NCBI GenBank assembly: GCA_964567265.1
Contig: CAZMLK010000001.1
Location: 164,710-228,709 of the forward strand
Source of the DNA: an uncultured Candidatus Saccharibacteria bacterium
GTDB lineage: Bacteria > Patescibacteriota > Minisyncoccia > Phycocordibacterales > UBA12088
DNA: 64,000 nucleotides
Reading direction: 5' to 3'
Positions 28,783 through 38,962 of this stretch are shown here, piece after piece. Made by a program: the position numbers and the translations under genes. Every line of letters begins with the position of its first letter. The first letter of the stretch is position 1. The notes beneath the pieces are model-generated. The model did no database searches and was not told the DNA's origin. It saw only the letters and a list, made by a program, of their open reading frames with translations.

Positions 28783-29991
28783 ATGGGGTTTCCCTTTGAA
28801 AACCCCATGAAAGACGCCCCAGAAAAAAGAATCTATCTCGATCATGCGGCATCCACCCCTGTCTTTCCGGAGGTGGTCGAGGCGATGCTGCCGTATTGGA
28901 ATCAGGAGTTCGGGAATGCGGGCGGCATCCACACAGAGGGTGTCATCGCGAAGCGGCAGATTGAGGAAGCACGTGAGGCGTCGGCGCATCTCCTGTCGGT
29001 GAAGGCGTCCGACATCATTTTCACCTCCGGCGGCACCGAATCGAACAATCTCGCCATCTTCGGATTCGCGGACGCGCTCATTGAAAAAGGAACGCCGCTT
29101 TCTGACATGCATTTCATCACGGGCGCAATCGAGCACGCGTCCGTGCTCGATTGCTTCAAGGTGTTGGAACGCCGCGGTGCGATGCTCACCGTCGTGCCGG
29201 TGACGCCGGACGGATTCGTGACGCCGGAGTCGATTGCGTCGGCGATTACCGGGAAGACCGTGCTCGTATCAATAATGTATGCGAACAGCGAGATTGGGAC
29301 GATACAGCCAATCCGCGAGATCGGTGAAGCGATCCGGAAGGCTTCAAGTGCACGAAAAATCTATTTCCATACGGACGCGTCCCAGGCACCGACCTATCTT
29401 TCCTGCCACGCGGAATCGCTCGGCGTCGATCTCATGACCATCGATGCGCAGAAGATGTACGGCCCGAAGGGCGTCGGATTCCTCTATATCAAGAACGGGA
29501 CGCCGATTGCGCCCCTCATGCGAGGCGGAAGCCAGGAGCGGAATTTGCGCCCCGGTACTCCCGATGTGCCGCTTCTGGTCGGTATGGCGCTTGCATGCGA
29601 CATGGTTGATGCGATGCGGAAAGAAAAGGTTGAGAGCGTTTCAAAGCTCCGCGACCATTTCATCGACCGCGTGCTCACGGAAGTCCCAGGTGCTGATCTC
29701 AATGGGGCCAGAGACCGCCGTCTGCCTAACAACGCGAACTTCTCATTCCCCGGACTCTCCGGAGAGATGATCGTGCTCGCGCTCGACCAGAAGGGAATCG
29801 CTGCCGCAACCAGGAGCGCCTGCCATGTCGGCGAGAAAGCCGGCTCGCATGTGATCCAGGCGCTCGGCAAGGGTGATGCGTACGCGACGTCAGCAATCCG
29901 CTTCTCGCTCGGTCGCTCAACGACGCTCGAAGAAATCGATTACACGGTCGACGCGCTCACGGAGATCGTGAAGGGGATGACCGCAGCCTAG
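28783..29991 (+). CDS. Cysteine desulfurase (class V aminotransferase, NifS/IscS-like)
   Basis: LDHAASTP, SGGTESNNLAI, PLP-lysine region SIDAQKMYGPKGVG, active-site Cys loop ATRSACH. Confidence 0.85.
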   Translation: MGFPFENPMKDAPEKRIYLDHAASTPVFPEVVEAMLPYWNQEFGNAGGIHTEGVIAKRQIEEAREASAHLLSVKASDIIFTSGGTESNNLAIFGFADALIEKGTPLSDMHFITGAIEHASVLDCFKVLERRGAMLTVVPVTPDGFVTPESIASAITGKTVLVSIMYANSEIGTIQPIREIGEAIRKASSARKIYFHTDASQAPTYLSCHAESLGVDLMTIDAQKMYGPKGVGFLYIKNGTPIAPLMRGGSQERNLRPGTPDVPLLVGMALACDMVDAMRKEKVESVSKLRDHFIDRVLTEVPGADLNGARDRRLPNNANFSFPGLSGEMIVLALDQKGIAAATRSACHVGEKAGSHVIQALGKGDAYATSAIRFSLGRSTTLEEIDYTVDALTEIVKGMTAA

Positions 29992-30049
29992 CATTTGACA
30001 AATACTAAATTAGTTGTAATCTCCGGAAAGCACCAACCGAGAGGCAGTA

Positions 30050-30286
30050 ATGCTGAACCAGCTCGTCCTTACCGGAATCGCGCTCCTCATAGTCGGGTAC
30101 GGATTCCAGGTCGCCGGGAATCGGATTCCGCTCCATCTGCGCTTCATGCGTCTCGTGAAGCGGATGATAAGCCGCTATCTGCTCGCGCCGGTCAAACGCC
30201 ACTTCTCGAGGCATCAGAAGTTCTACCTCGGCATCGGGGTCGGCATGGCACTCTTCGCTTGGCTTATTTCCACGTCTTTTCCCTGA
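30050..30286 (+). CDS. Small membrane protein (78 aa, hypothetical)
   Basis: Two hydrophobic helices; followed by hairpin terminator about 30268-30312. Confidence 0.3.
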   Translation: MLNQLVLTGIALLIVGYGFQVAGNRIPLHLRFMRLVKRMISRYLLAPVKRHFSRHQKFYLGIGVGMALFAWLISTSFP

Positions 30287-30453
30287 AGGGAAAAGACGTG
30301 TTTCTTTTTCAAATCGCATCTATACGAGAGTCATTTTTTATGATTTGATATGCATATCGAAGGCACTCTCCTCGCAGTCGGCACTGACAGAACTGAATGA
30401 GCAAAGCGTCTTCTTGCGAGAGAGGGTTCATTTCGATACGATAGAGCAGAAGT

Positions 30454-31332
30454 ATGGATATTGAGCACCTCAACAGGACGCAGATTCTTCTGCTGACGCT
30501 TCTTGTAAGCTTCATGTCTTCTGTTGTTACGGGCATCGTGACCGTACGTCTCCTCGATCAAGCGCCGGGCCCTGTCACGCGCACCATCAATCAGGTCGTC
30601 GAGCACACCGTCGAGCGGCTCATTCCCGCCGAGCCCGGAAAATCCGATACCAAGGAAACGACCGTGGTCGTGCGCGAGGAAGACCTCATTACTGGCGCGA
30701 TCGATAAGAATGCGAAATCATTGGTACGCATCTACTCGGTCGCTGAAGGTACCGCGAGCACGACAGATGTTTCAAAATCGGGAACCTTCCGCGGCATCGG
30801 CGTCGTGGTGTCGAGTGACGGCATCATCGCGGTCCCCGATCAAGTCGCGGTCAAAGGTCGGACGTATATCGTCGAGACCGGGAACGGCGTGAAGACATCG
30901 GCGACGATCCTCGTCGAAGGACGCGGAGATGTCGCCCTTCTCAAGATGCAGCTTGCAACCTCGACTCCTTCGCTTTCCGTTGCAAGTCTCGGGAACGCGT
31001 CGTCCCTCAAGCTCGGGCAGACCGTGATCGCGCTCGGCGGCGATGAACGCACGAATGTCGGCGTAGGCATCGTCTCTGCAGTCACACCAGGCAAAGAAAC
31101 AGGCACGATCGATTCGATCGACGCATCCGTTTCGGGAACGCCTGCAAGCGGAAGCCCGCTCGTGACCGTCGCAGGGGATGTCGTCGGACTCTATATAACG
31201 GAATCAAAACTGTTCGCACCGCTGTCTGGAAGCATCGTGGCCGCGCTCAAGACCGCGCCGCCAAAAAAGACCTCTGAGGCAGATCCGAAGACCTCGACCG
31301 CCGCTGCCGCAAACGCTGTTACTCCCCAGTAA
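30454..31332 (+). CDS. Trypsin-like serine protease (S1C/HtrA-like, no PDZ)
   Basis: N-terminal TM anchor, catalytic-triad context (GDVALLK, GTPASGSPL resembling GNSGGPL). Confidence 0.7.
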   Translation: MDIEHLNRTQILLLTLLVSFMSSVVTGIVTVRLLDQAPGPVTRTINQVVEHTVERLIPAEPGKSDTKETTVVVREEDLITGAIDKNAKSLVRIYSVAEGTASTTDVSKSGTFRGIGVVVSSDGIIAVPDQVAVKGRTYIVETGNGVKTSATILVEGRGDVALLKMQLATSTPSLSVASLGNASSLKLGQTVIALGGDERTNVGVGIVSAVTPGKETGTIDSIDASVSGTPASGSPLVTVAGDVVGLYITESKLFAPLSGSIVAALKTAPPKKTSEADPKTSTAAAANAVTPQ

Positions 31333-31344
31333 CCAGAAACGCAT

Positions 31345-34044
31345 ATGACACCATTCAACAATTTCACAACCAAAGCTAAGGATGCCGTCCGGAAGGCGCA
31401 TGAGCTCGCGATCGAACGCGGGCAGAACCATGTGAATCCGCTCCATCTCTTGACCGCGCTCGTCCTCCAGGAGGAGAGCATGGTCTTTTCAGTACTCGAA
31501 CGGTTGGATGTCGATGCGGTCCTGCTTACCGACACGCTCCTCGAGGCGCTTGAAGCGCCTGAGGGATCTTCGGTACTCTCGCCGTCGTACCAGCTCTACC
31601 TCACGCCCGAGCTCGCGCAGGTCCTCGAGAATTCCGCGCGCATCGCTTCGGCGCTCGGCGACCAGTTCGTCTCGACCGAGCACATCTTCATCGCCATCCT
31701 CGACAACCCCGGACCGGCGCGCGAGATCATCGCCCGCTTCCGCTTCGATCGCAATTCCGTTATCCGTGTCATCCAGGAACTGAAGGCGAACAATGTCACC
31801 GATGTCTCGCAGCCGAAGAAGTTCAAGGCGCTCGCGAAGTACACGCGGAATCTGACCGCGCTCGCCGCGGAGAACAAGCTCGACCCAGTGATCGGCCGCG
31901 ACGTCGAGATCAACCGCGTCATCCAGATTCTCTCGCGCCGCACGAAGAACAACCCGATCCTCATCGGCGCTGCAGGCGTGGGGAAGACTGCGATCGCCGA
32001 AGGGCTCGCGACACGCATCGCGACCGGCGACGTCCCGGAATCGCTCCGCGGGAAGGACTTGGTCGCGCTCGACCTCGGCATGCTCATTGCGGGTACCAAG
32101 TACCGCGGCGAGTTCGAAGAGCGCCTCAAGAACATTATGAAAGAAGTCGAGCGCGCTGATGGAAAAGTCATCCTCTTCATCGACGAGATGCACACGATCG
32201 TGGGCGCCGGCGCTGCTGAGGGCGCGATGGACGCATCGAACATGCTGAAGCCAGCGCTCTCGCGTGGCGAGCTCCGCGTCATCGGTGCAACGACTCTCAA
32301 CGAATACCAGAAGCACATCGAGAAGGACGCGGCGCTCACGCGCCGCTTCCAGCCGGTCCATGTGGAAGAGCCGACCCTTGAAGACGCGGTCGCCATCCTC
32401 CGCGGCCTTCGCGAGAAGTACGAGGTGTACCACGGGGTGCGTATCACCGACGATGCGATCGTCGCTGCAGTGAATCTCTCCGCTCGATACATCCCTGACC
32501 GATTCCTCCCGGACAAGGCGATCGACCTCATCGACGAGGCCGCATCCGGACTCCGCATTTCACTCGAGAACAAGCCGCCTGCACTCGAGGAAGCGCAGCG
32601 GAAGATCATGCGCCTCGAAGTCGAGAAGGAAGCGCTCTCGAAGGATCTCGACATCCACGAAGGACGCGACACGAAGGCGCGCATCAAGCAGATCGAGAAG
32701 GACATCGCCGATCTTCGCGAGAAGACGGGCGACCTCGAGCTCCGCTGGAACAACGAGAAGGAAGTACTCTCCGATATAAAGGCGCTGAAGAAGCAGCTTG
32801 AGACGCTCCGCAATGAAGCTGAGAACGCGGAGGCGGTCGCAGACCTCTCACGCGCAGCGGAAGTCCGCTACGGCAAGATTCCTGCGCTTGAGAAGGATCT
32901 CGATGCGAAGACCAAGCGCTTGAAGCGCTTCCAGCAGACGCGCCGCGTCCTCAAGGAAGAAATTATGGAAGAGGACATCGCCTCCGTGGTCTCACGCTGG
33001 ACCGGCGTTCCTGTCGCGCGCATGCTCGAGGAAGAAGCCGAGAAGCTCTCGCGCATGGAAGAAGTCCTCAAGAGCCGAATCGTCGGCCAGGATGACGCCG
33101 TCCTCAAGGTTGCATCTGCCGTGAAGCGCTCGCGTGCGGGCATCAGTGACCCGAACCGTCCGATCGGCTCGTTCCTGTTCCTCGGCCCTACTGGCGTTGG
33201 AAAGACCGAGCTCTCGAAGGCGCTCGCGGAATTCATGTTCGACAATGACAAGGCCTTGATCCGCGTCGACATGTCCGAATACATGGAGCGGCACTCAGTC
33301 GCGAAGTTGATCGGCGCGCCTCCAGGATACGTCGGCTTCGAGGAGGGTGGCTCGCTCACGGAAATCGTGCGCCACCGCCCATACTCAGTGCTCCTCTTCG
33401 ACGAGATCGAGAAGGCGCACCCAGAAGTCTTCAACATCCTCCTCCAGGTCCTCGACAACGGCCATTTGACCGACTCAAAGGGACGGAGCGTGAACTTCAA
33501 GAACACCATCATCATCCTCACCTCGAACATCGGATCGCAGTACATCGACCGCATGTCGCAGATCGGATTCGCGAAGGACAGCGGCAACGAGGCGGTCGCG
33601 TACGAAGTTACCAAGGACAAGGTCATGGAAAGCCTCAAGGATTACTTCCGTCCGGAATTCCTGAATCGTCTCGACGAGATCCTCATCTTCAACATGCTCT
33701 CGAAGGAGGCGATCAAGGATATCGTCGGCATGCAGGTGAAGCTCGTCATGGAGCGCCTCAAGCAGAAGAACATCGCGCTCGAGCTCACCGAAGCGGTGTA
33801 CGAGCTTCTCGCGAAGGAGGGCTACGATCCGCACTACGGCGCCCGCCCGCTCAAGCGGCTCATCCAGAACAAGATCCTGACCCCGGTCGCGTCGATGATG
33901 ATCTCCGAAGGCCTCCTCCATGGCGGCACGGTCCTCGTCGATATCAAGAATGGCGTCTTCACCTTCGACGGCAAGAAAAGCCGCAAATCGGCGAAACGGA
34001 GTTCTATCAGAGCTTCCAAAAATCTCGAGGAGGTGGTAGCGTAG
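31345..34044 (+). CDS. clpB: Chaperone ClpB (AAA+ disaggregase, two NBDs plus middle coiled-coil)
   Basis: Clp_N repeats, [15 protein letters not shown] Walker A, FIDEMHT Walker B, long M-domain, second GPTGVGKTE, 899 aa. Confidence 0.95.
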   Translation: MTPFNNFTTKAKDAVRKAHELAIERGQNHVNPLHLLTALVLQEESMVFSVLERLDVDAVLLTDTLLEALEAPEGSSVLSPSYQLYLTPELAQVLENSARIASALGDQFVSTEHIFIAILDNPGPAREIIARFRFDRNSVIRVIQELKANNVTDVSQPKKFKALAKYTRNLTALAAENKLDPVIGRDVEINRVIQILSRRTKNNPILIGAAGVGKTAIAEGLATRIATGDVPESLRGKDLVALDLGMLIAGTKYRGEFEERLKNIMKEVERADGKVILFIDEMHTIVGAGAAEGAMDASNMLKPALSRGELRVIGATTLNEYQKHIEKDAALTRRFQPVHVEEPTLEDAVAILRGLREKYEVYHGVRITDDAIVAAVNLSARYIPDRFLPDKAIDLIDEAASGLRISLENKPPALEEAQRKIMRLEVEKEALSKDLDIHEGRDTKARIKQIEKDIADLREKTGDLELRWNNEKEVLSDIKALKKQLETLRNEAENAEAVADLSRAAEVRYGKIPALEKDLDAKTKRLKRFQQTRRVLKEEIMEEDIASVVSRWTGVPVARMLEEEAEKLSRMEEVLKSRIVGQDDAVLKVASAVKRSRAGISDPNRPIGSFLFLGPTGVGKTELSKALAEFMFDNDKALIRVDMSEYMERHSVAKLIGAPPGYVGFEEGGSLTEIVRHRPYSVLLFDEIEKAHPEVFNILLQVLDNGHLTDSKGRSVNFKNTIIILTSNIGSQYIDRMSQIGFAKDSGNEAVAYEVTKDKVMESLKDYFRPEFLNRLDEILIFNMLSKEAIKDIVGMQVKLVMERLKQKNIALELTEAVYELLAKEGYDPHYGARPLKRLIQNKILTPVASMMISEGLLHGGTVLVDIKNGVFTFDGKKSRKSAKRSSIRASKNLEEVVA

Positions 34045-34076
34045 CAAAAGTCTCCTCTTCTAAAGGAGGGGAACAT

Positions 34077-34159
34077 GCGTCGGTGGCGGAGTGGTCAATC
34101 GCACTTGGCTGTAAACCAAGCGGCTTATGCCTACGGGGGTTCGAATCCCTCCCGGCGCA
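34077..34159 (+). tRNA. tRNA-Tyr (anticodon GTA)
   Basis: Long variable arm, anticodon loop CTGTAAA, GGTTCGAATCC T-arm; 3' end embedded in long palindrome. Confidence 0.85.
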
Positions 34160-34205
34160 CAAATAGAAAAATCCCCGAAAGGGGATTTTTCTATTTGTGC
34201 GCCGG
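34152..34205. terminator. Long perfect palindrome/bidirectional terminator incorporating tRNA-Tyr 3' end
   Basis: ccggcgcacaaatagaaaaatcccc-gaaa-ggggatttttctatttgtgcgccgg. Confidence 0.7.
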
Positions 34206-34386
34206 AGCAAAGCGCTGAGCGCTTTGCGTGAGGGATTCGAAGACCTTTTCGATGTTTGTGAGGAGCTTTGCTCTGAACAAACCGAAAAGGTGTACTGCGC
34301 CTGTAAGGCGAGAATCTCGAATCCTCCAAAAATCTATCCCCACACAAAACACCCAATCGAAGCCACTTTCCCGCTATACTTTCCCT

Positions 34387-35508
34387 ATGCACCGCATACG
34401 GCCTCTCCATCGGTTCTTGATCGGGAGTCTTTTCCTGTTTCTCACTATTTTGCCGATTACGATGCTCTCGGCACAAAACCTCATCCCTTGCAGCGGGCCC
34501 GACTGCGATCTCTGCAGCTTCGTCCAGCTCGGGCAGAACATCATCAACTTCCTCGTCTACTTCTCGACCCTGCTTGCGACGGTGCTCTTCTGCTATGCCG
34601 GATTCAAGATGCTGACCGGAGCCGATAACCCAGGCGCGATCACCAAAGCAAAAAAACTCTTTTGGACAGTCCTCTGGGGCTTCGCGCTTCTCCTGGCGGC
34701 ATGGCTCATCCTCGATACTGCGATGCGTCTCCTCTTTGAGGATTCGGAGCTTCGCGCCACCGAATTCGGACGTCCGTGGAACGAGATCCTCTGCCAGTTC
34801 CAGAACGGCGCGCCGGCGCAGAATGTCTTCGTCACATTGACGGCGACGCCGAATCCGATAGCCGTGCCGGGCGGCAACATTACGCTTACCTGGACATCAT
34901 TCGGGGCAATAGCCTGTGCTGCGGGCGGGGGCTGGGCGGGCACGAAGGCGCTCAACGGGTCGGAAGTGGTCGCAATCACAACAACTACGGCGTTCGCGCT
35001 CTCCTGCGTCAATGCTGATGGGGATAGCGCAACAGTCACTGTGAGCGTGGTGGTTGGTACCGGGCCTGGGCCTGGAAGCTGTAGCATCACGGAGGATGGT
35101 CCCTGCGGTACCATCGCGCTCGCGGACATGTTCGGTCCAATCGCATCCCAGGCGTCTCAAATCTGCAGCGCGGAAAGCGCTGGTGATCCTGCGAGCGAAA
35201 GCAAGACCGACATCCTCATTGCGTCCGGACTTCCATTCTCGATCGGTCTTTTCCAGATCAACATGACGCAGCACAATCTGACGGGTCCCGCATGCAGGGC
35301 GCTCAATGGCGGGAACCCGCTCAACTGCATCAGCGCGTTTTCTGGGAAGAATTACACCGCCACGATCGTGGATATGCCGCTCTACGAGCAGTGCCGCGCC
35401 GCCCTCAAGAATCCGGATTGCAATGCTGAAACGGCGGCAGGTATCGTGACCACAGACGGCGGCAGCTGGCGCCAATGGTCCACGGCCAAGAAATGTAAAC
35501 TTCCGTAG
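34387..35508 (+). CDS. Composite secreted protein: pilin-like N-domain + Ig-like region + lytic transglycosylase (SLT-like) domain
   Basis: Signal peptide, CSGPDCDLCS, two TM helices (paralog of 36180-36611), then C-terminal AESAGDPASES...GLFQIN SLT/GEWL signature. Confidence 0.6.
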   Translation: MHRIRPLHRFLIGSLFLFLTILPITMLSAQNLIPCSGPDCDLCSFVQLGQNIINFLVYFSTLLATVLFCYAGFKMLTGADNPGAITKAKKLFWTVLWGFALLLAAWLILDTAMRLLFEDSELRATEFGRPWNEILCQFQNGAPAQNVFVTLTATPNPIAVPGGNITLTWTSFGAIACAAGGGWAGTKALNGSEVVAITTTTAFALSCVNADGDSATVTVSVVVGTGPGPGSCSITEDGPCGTIALADMFGPIASQASQICSAESAGDPASESKTDILIASGLPFSIGLFQINMTQHNLTGPACRALNGGNPLNCISAFSGKNYTATIVDMPLYEQCRAALKNPDCNAETAAGIVTTDGGSWRQWSTAKKCKLP

Positions 35509-35540
35509 GAAACCATGCGATACTATTCGAGAACGACCCT

Positions 35541-36122
35541 ATGAAACTCATCACCAAAATCGTCGTCATATTCCTGATTGTCGCTCTCGGTGTTTTTTTC
35601 GCCCTCTACTTTGTGTATAAGCGACCGAATGGGGGAGACGGGACGACGCCAGGCGCAACGGCAGGGCAGACGACGGCAGGCGGCCCGGGATCGTGGCAAA
35701 CAACCGGCATGTCTACCGGGACGACCGGAGCCATGGGTACCAGCACGGATGGAAAGCGCGTGGTGGCGGGCGCGGGCGGCGGACAGGTCCTCGTGAAGGA
35801 TTTCCTGGTTGGGAAAACTCCCGAGCAGAGTAAGGCCGTCGGTACGTACTATCATCTTCGCGAGATTGCCACGAATACTCCGTTCCAAGTAATCTTCACC
35901 GAGCGCGATAGCTTCTTCCAGGTAGCGCTTACGGCATCGCCGCTCGGTATCGTGAGGAAGGATGCAGAAGCATTCCTCCTTAATGAGCTTGGCATCGACG
36001 AGCCGACCGCGTGTACGCTCAAATATTCTGTGAACACGACATACGACCAGAGCGAGCTGTATTCGGGAAGGAATTTGAAATTCAGCTTCTGTCCTGACGC
36101 AGTGGGGCTTCCGGAAATTTAA
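35541..36122 (+). CDS. Membrane-anchored secreted hypothetical protein with Gly/Thr-rich linker
   Basis: N-terminal TM/signal, low-complexity G/T-rich region, 193 aa. Confidence 0.45.
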   Translation: MKLITKIVVIFLIVALGVFFALYFVYKRPNGGDGTTPGATAGQTTAGGPGSWQTTGMSTGTTGAMGTSTDGKRVVAGAGGGQVLVKDFLVGKTPEQSKAVGTYYHLREIATNTPFQVIFTERDSFFQVALTASPLGIVRKDAEAFLLNELGIDEPTACTLKYSVNTTYDQSELYSGRNLKFSFCPDAVGLPEI

Positions 36123-36179
36123 TCGCGGCCGCAAGCGTTTGTGTCCGAATCGGACCCTTAAAAAGTATACAGAGCAGCA

Positions 36180-36611
36180 ATGAAACGAATCTTTCCAATC
36201 ATCGTCGCGATCGCCGTATTCTGGATCGCTGTGCCGGCTCCCGCGGTACAGGCACAAATGAACCTGATACCGTGCAGCGGGCCTGATTGCGATCTCTGCA
36301 GCCTCGTCCAGCTCGGGCAGAACATCATCAATTTCTTGGTATACTTCTCGACTCTCCTCGCGACCATCCTCTTCGCATACGCTGGTTTCAAGATGCTGAC
36401 CTCTGGTGATAATCCAGCAGGGATCACGACCGCCAAGAAGCTGTTCTGGAGCGTCTTGTGGGGCTTCGCGCTCCTCCTTGCCGCTTGGCTCATCCTCGAT
36501 ACCATCATGCGGGTCCTCTTCGAGAATTCCGAGCTTCGGGCGACGGAATACGGCCGTCCGTGGAACGAGATCCTGTGCGAATTTGAGAGCGATGCGCCGC
36601 CGGCTCCCTAG
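36180..36611 (+). CDS. Pilin-like small membrane protein (stand-alone paralog of N-domain of 34387-35508)
   Basis: About 90% aa identity to residues 25-165 of the neighbouring fusion gene, including CSGPDCDLCS and both helices. Confidence 0.6.
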   Translation: MKRIFPIIVAIAVFWIAVPAPAVQAQMNLIPCSGPDCDLCSLVQLGQNIINFLVYFSTLLATILFAYAGFKMLTSGDNPAGITTAKKLFWSVLWGFALLLAAWLILDTIMRVLFENSELRATEYGRPWNEILCEFESDAPPAP

Positions 36612-36668
36612 GCCGGACGACACCCCGTCTTTGGTTGACTTCTACCGTTCTGATGATATATTGGCCCA

Positions 36669-36824
36669 ATGTCACAGGATAACTTGGTAAAGCTGAAGAA
36701 CGCCGAGACCGGCGAGATGTACTGGTCGCGGAAGAACCGCAAGAAAGTCGAGAAAAAGCTCGCGCTCAAGAAGTATTCTCCGAAGCTTCGGAAGCACGTG
36801 GTTTTCAAGGAGGTCAAGAAGTAA
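36669..36824 (+). CDS. rpmG: 50S ribosomal protein L33
   Basis: 51-aa ORF MSQDNLVKLKNAETGEMYWSRKNRKKVEKKLALKKYSPKLRKHVVFKEVKK matches the L33 pattern (..LKKY.P..RKHV..KE.K); below ORF-track size cutoff. Confidence 0.8.
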   Translation: MSQDNLVKLKNAETGEMYWSRKNRKKVEKKLALKKYSPKLRKHVVFKEVKK

Positions 36825-36827
36825 AAG

Positions 36828-36878
36828 CCAATCAAATCGCCGCCCCCTCCAGGGGGCGGCGATTTGATTGGGTACAGC
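36828..36878 (+). terminator. Strong 20-bp hairpin after rpmG
   Basis: ccaatcaaatcgccgccccc-tcca-gggggcggcgatttgattgg. Confidence 0.5.
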
Positions 36879-36945
36879 TATAAGTTGTGTTTTTAGCCAT
36901 TCTTTGAAAGAATGGCTGCACCGCCGTTCTCGTCGAAAACCAAAA

Positions 36946-37016
36946 GGGCCTATAGTTTAGTGGTAAAATTCTGGTCTCCAAAACCAGCGTCGCAGGTTCG
37001 AGTCCTGCTGGGCCCG
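36946..37016 (+). tRNA. tRNA-Trp (anticodon CCA)
   Basis: Anticodon loop CTCCAAA, G73 discriminator, GGTTCGAGTCC T-arm. Confidence 0.85.
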
Positions 37017-37212
37017 CTACGAACGAAGTGAGTAAGACGGGTCCAGAGGAAGCTCCGGGGGAGCTTCCGTCAGGACTCGAAAAGCTTGCGAGATTTTTTA
37101 GCGAACTCGTTCGCCTAAAAAATCCGCAAGGTGTACTGAAGCTGTAAGCTTCGAGATTTTGAATACTTCTGGCAGAATTAGTAATGACACTTGATCAAAT
37201 CAATCAAAAATT

Positions 37213-37566
37213 ATGGAACTAAAAGAATTTATAAAAAAAGTTCTTGCTGATGCGGTTGAAGCTGTTGACGAGTCTAGTTCGAATGCCTCCAGAGAGATTT
37301 CGCTGGCCTCTCGACCCGATAGGAGGACTATTGAATTCGATGTTGCAGTCTCTGCGGAAGAGACCACTACAACAGGTGGCAAGGCTGGGGTACGAGTTCT
37401 TTCCTTTATGGAGGCAGGAGCCGATGTTGGTACTCAGTCAAAAAACTCAACAGTAAGTCGAATCACTTTTGGCGTAGATGTAAACCAGGCAACTAAAGTA
37501 GAGAGGGCCAGACAGGAACAGGCATTTCAAAGTCATGCCCGATTGAGCAACGATGATTATCGATAG
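37213..37566 (+). CDS. Hypothetical protein (117 aa) in low-GC islet next to tRNA-Trp
   Basis: About 45% GC versus about 60% surroundings; followed by terminator 37608-37648. Confidence 0.5.
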   Translation: MELKEFIKKVLADAVEAVDESSSNASREISLASRPDRRTIEFDVAVSAEETTTTGGKAGVRVLSFMEAGADVGTQSKNSTVSRITFGVDVNQATKVERARQEQAFQSHARLSNDDYR

Positions 37567-37607
37567 CAATCCACAGACCCTTTGAAGTACCGTCATTAAA
37601 CTCCAAA

Positions 37608-37648
37608 GCGGCGATTCCTCGAAAAGGAATCGCCGCTGTTGATTTGTT
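37608..37648 (+). terminator. Rho-independent terminator
   Basis: gcggcgattcc-tcgaaaa-ggaatcgccgc then tgttgatttgtt. Confidence 0.65.
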
Positions 37649-37991
37649 CGAAAGTACTCCTCCCCGTTTCCTTTTTTCACGCAGGCCGGCCCGCCTGGCA
37701 CTTCCAGCTGCGTGTGAGAACCCAACCGGGATTTTCATTGGTCCAGCGGGCTGCTTCCATCTGGCCGAAGAGTATGCATTGCATGACAGAACCATCCCAG
37801 GGCATTTCTACATGTCGACATCGGTACGGTTGGCTGAGTGAGCTCAGATTAACGTCCGTGGGAACCGAGTTGTCGTAGCCAACACAGGCTACGAACGTTA
37901 AAGCAAGTAGGAACATCTGCAATCCTCTAGAAAAGGAGTGCCTGCGCGGTTCGCAGGTCTATTCCAATTAAAGCCACTCGCGGGATGGCTG

Positions 37992-38897
37992 TCAATTTTT
38001 TGACAGCCATTCTTCGACGAGTGCCGACGCAACTTCGATATCTCCTATTTCATACCACGTGATATTCGGATTCCGCTTCAGCCAGCGGACCTGTCGCTTC
38101 GCGAGCTGCCAGTCGCCGTATTCGAGCCTCTTCCCAAGTTCCACTTTCGTGATAACACCGTCGAGATATTTGAGCGTGAGGGAAAAGTCGAAGCCAAGCT
38201 CGCTGGCGCGCTCCGGAGTGAGCGTGCCGCTTTCATGGGCAGTCTTGATCTCATCAATCATGTCATCGAGGCGCGTCTCGATGCGCTTCTGGATGCGCGA
38301 ACGGAGCAGGTCATCGCTCGGCTTGAGGCCGATGGTGAGCACGTCGAATGCCGACTGGTACGAAATATCCGCCTCCGGCACTTTGCCGAGTGCGGTCGCG
38401 ATCTCGATCGCACGGATGAGACGACGCGGATTCTCTTTCTCGATTGAAAGCGCGCGGACCGGATCGAGTGATTCGAGAAGTGCGAACAGTTCAGAGGGAC
38501 TTTTGACGGCGAGCTCATTCCGAAGCGCGTCGTTGTCCGGAACTTCGGGGAAGGTGCGATCATAGAGGACCGCATCGATATAGTAGCCGGTTCCGCCGCA
38601 GAGGATGGGAAGACGGCCGCGATTGGCGATCTCGCTAATCGCGGCGAGCGCTTTCTCCTTGTACTCAACCACGGAGACCCGTGTGCTGATGTCGCTCACA
38701 TTGAGGAGGTGATGGGGAATGCTGTCCATTTCTTCAGGAGTCACTTTGACGGTGGCGACATCGAATCCGCGGTAGACCTGCCTTGAGTCAGCCGAAATGA
38801 CCTCGCCCGGAAAATGTTTCGCGAGCGCGATCGAAAGCGCCGTCTTTCCAGACGCCGTGGGGCCGACGATCGCGAGGATTTTCTGCTTCTTGTCCAT
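37992..38897 (-). CDS. miaA: tRNA dimethylallyltransferase
   Basis: P-loop GPTASGKT, SADSRQVYRG, ILCGGTGYY motifs; start trimmed to MDKKQK. Confidence 0.9.
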   Translation of the reverse strand: MDKKQKILAIVGPTASGKTALSIALAKHFPGEVISADSRQVYRGFDVATVKVTPEEMDSIPHHLLNVSDISTRVSVVEYKEKALAAISEIANRGRLPILCGGTGYYIDAVLYDRTFPEVPDNDALRNELAVKSPSELFALLESLDPVRALSIEKENPRRLIRAIEIATALGKVPEADISYQSAFDVLTIGLKPSDDLLRSRIQKRIETRLDDMIDEIKTAHESGTLTPERASELGFDFSLTLKYLDGVITKVELGKRLEYGDWQLAKRQVRWLKRNPNITWYEIGDIEVASALVEEWLSKN

Positions 38898-38962
38898 GGC
38901 TTTTGACATCGCGAGTATAGCAGGATATCGTCCCCATAGGCACTTCAAAGGGAGAATCTACG

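Noticed and set aside
31596-33638. Several 250-400-aa minus-strand ORFs
   Set aside because: All antisense to clpB. Arg/Ser-rich artefacts.
34007-34476. Minus-strand ORFs overlapping tRNA-Tyr
   Set aside because: Contain the AGRDSNPRRH-type translation that is a well-known artefact of reading a tRNA gene in reverse. No independent support.
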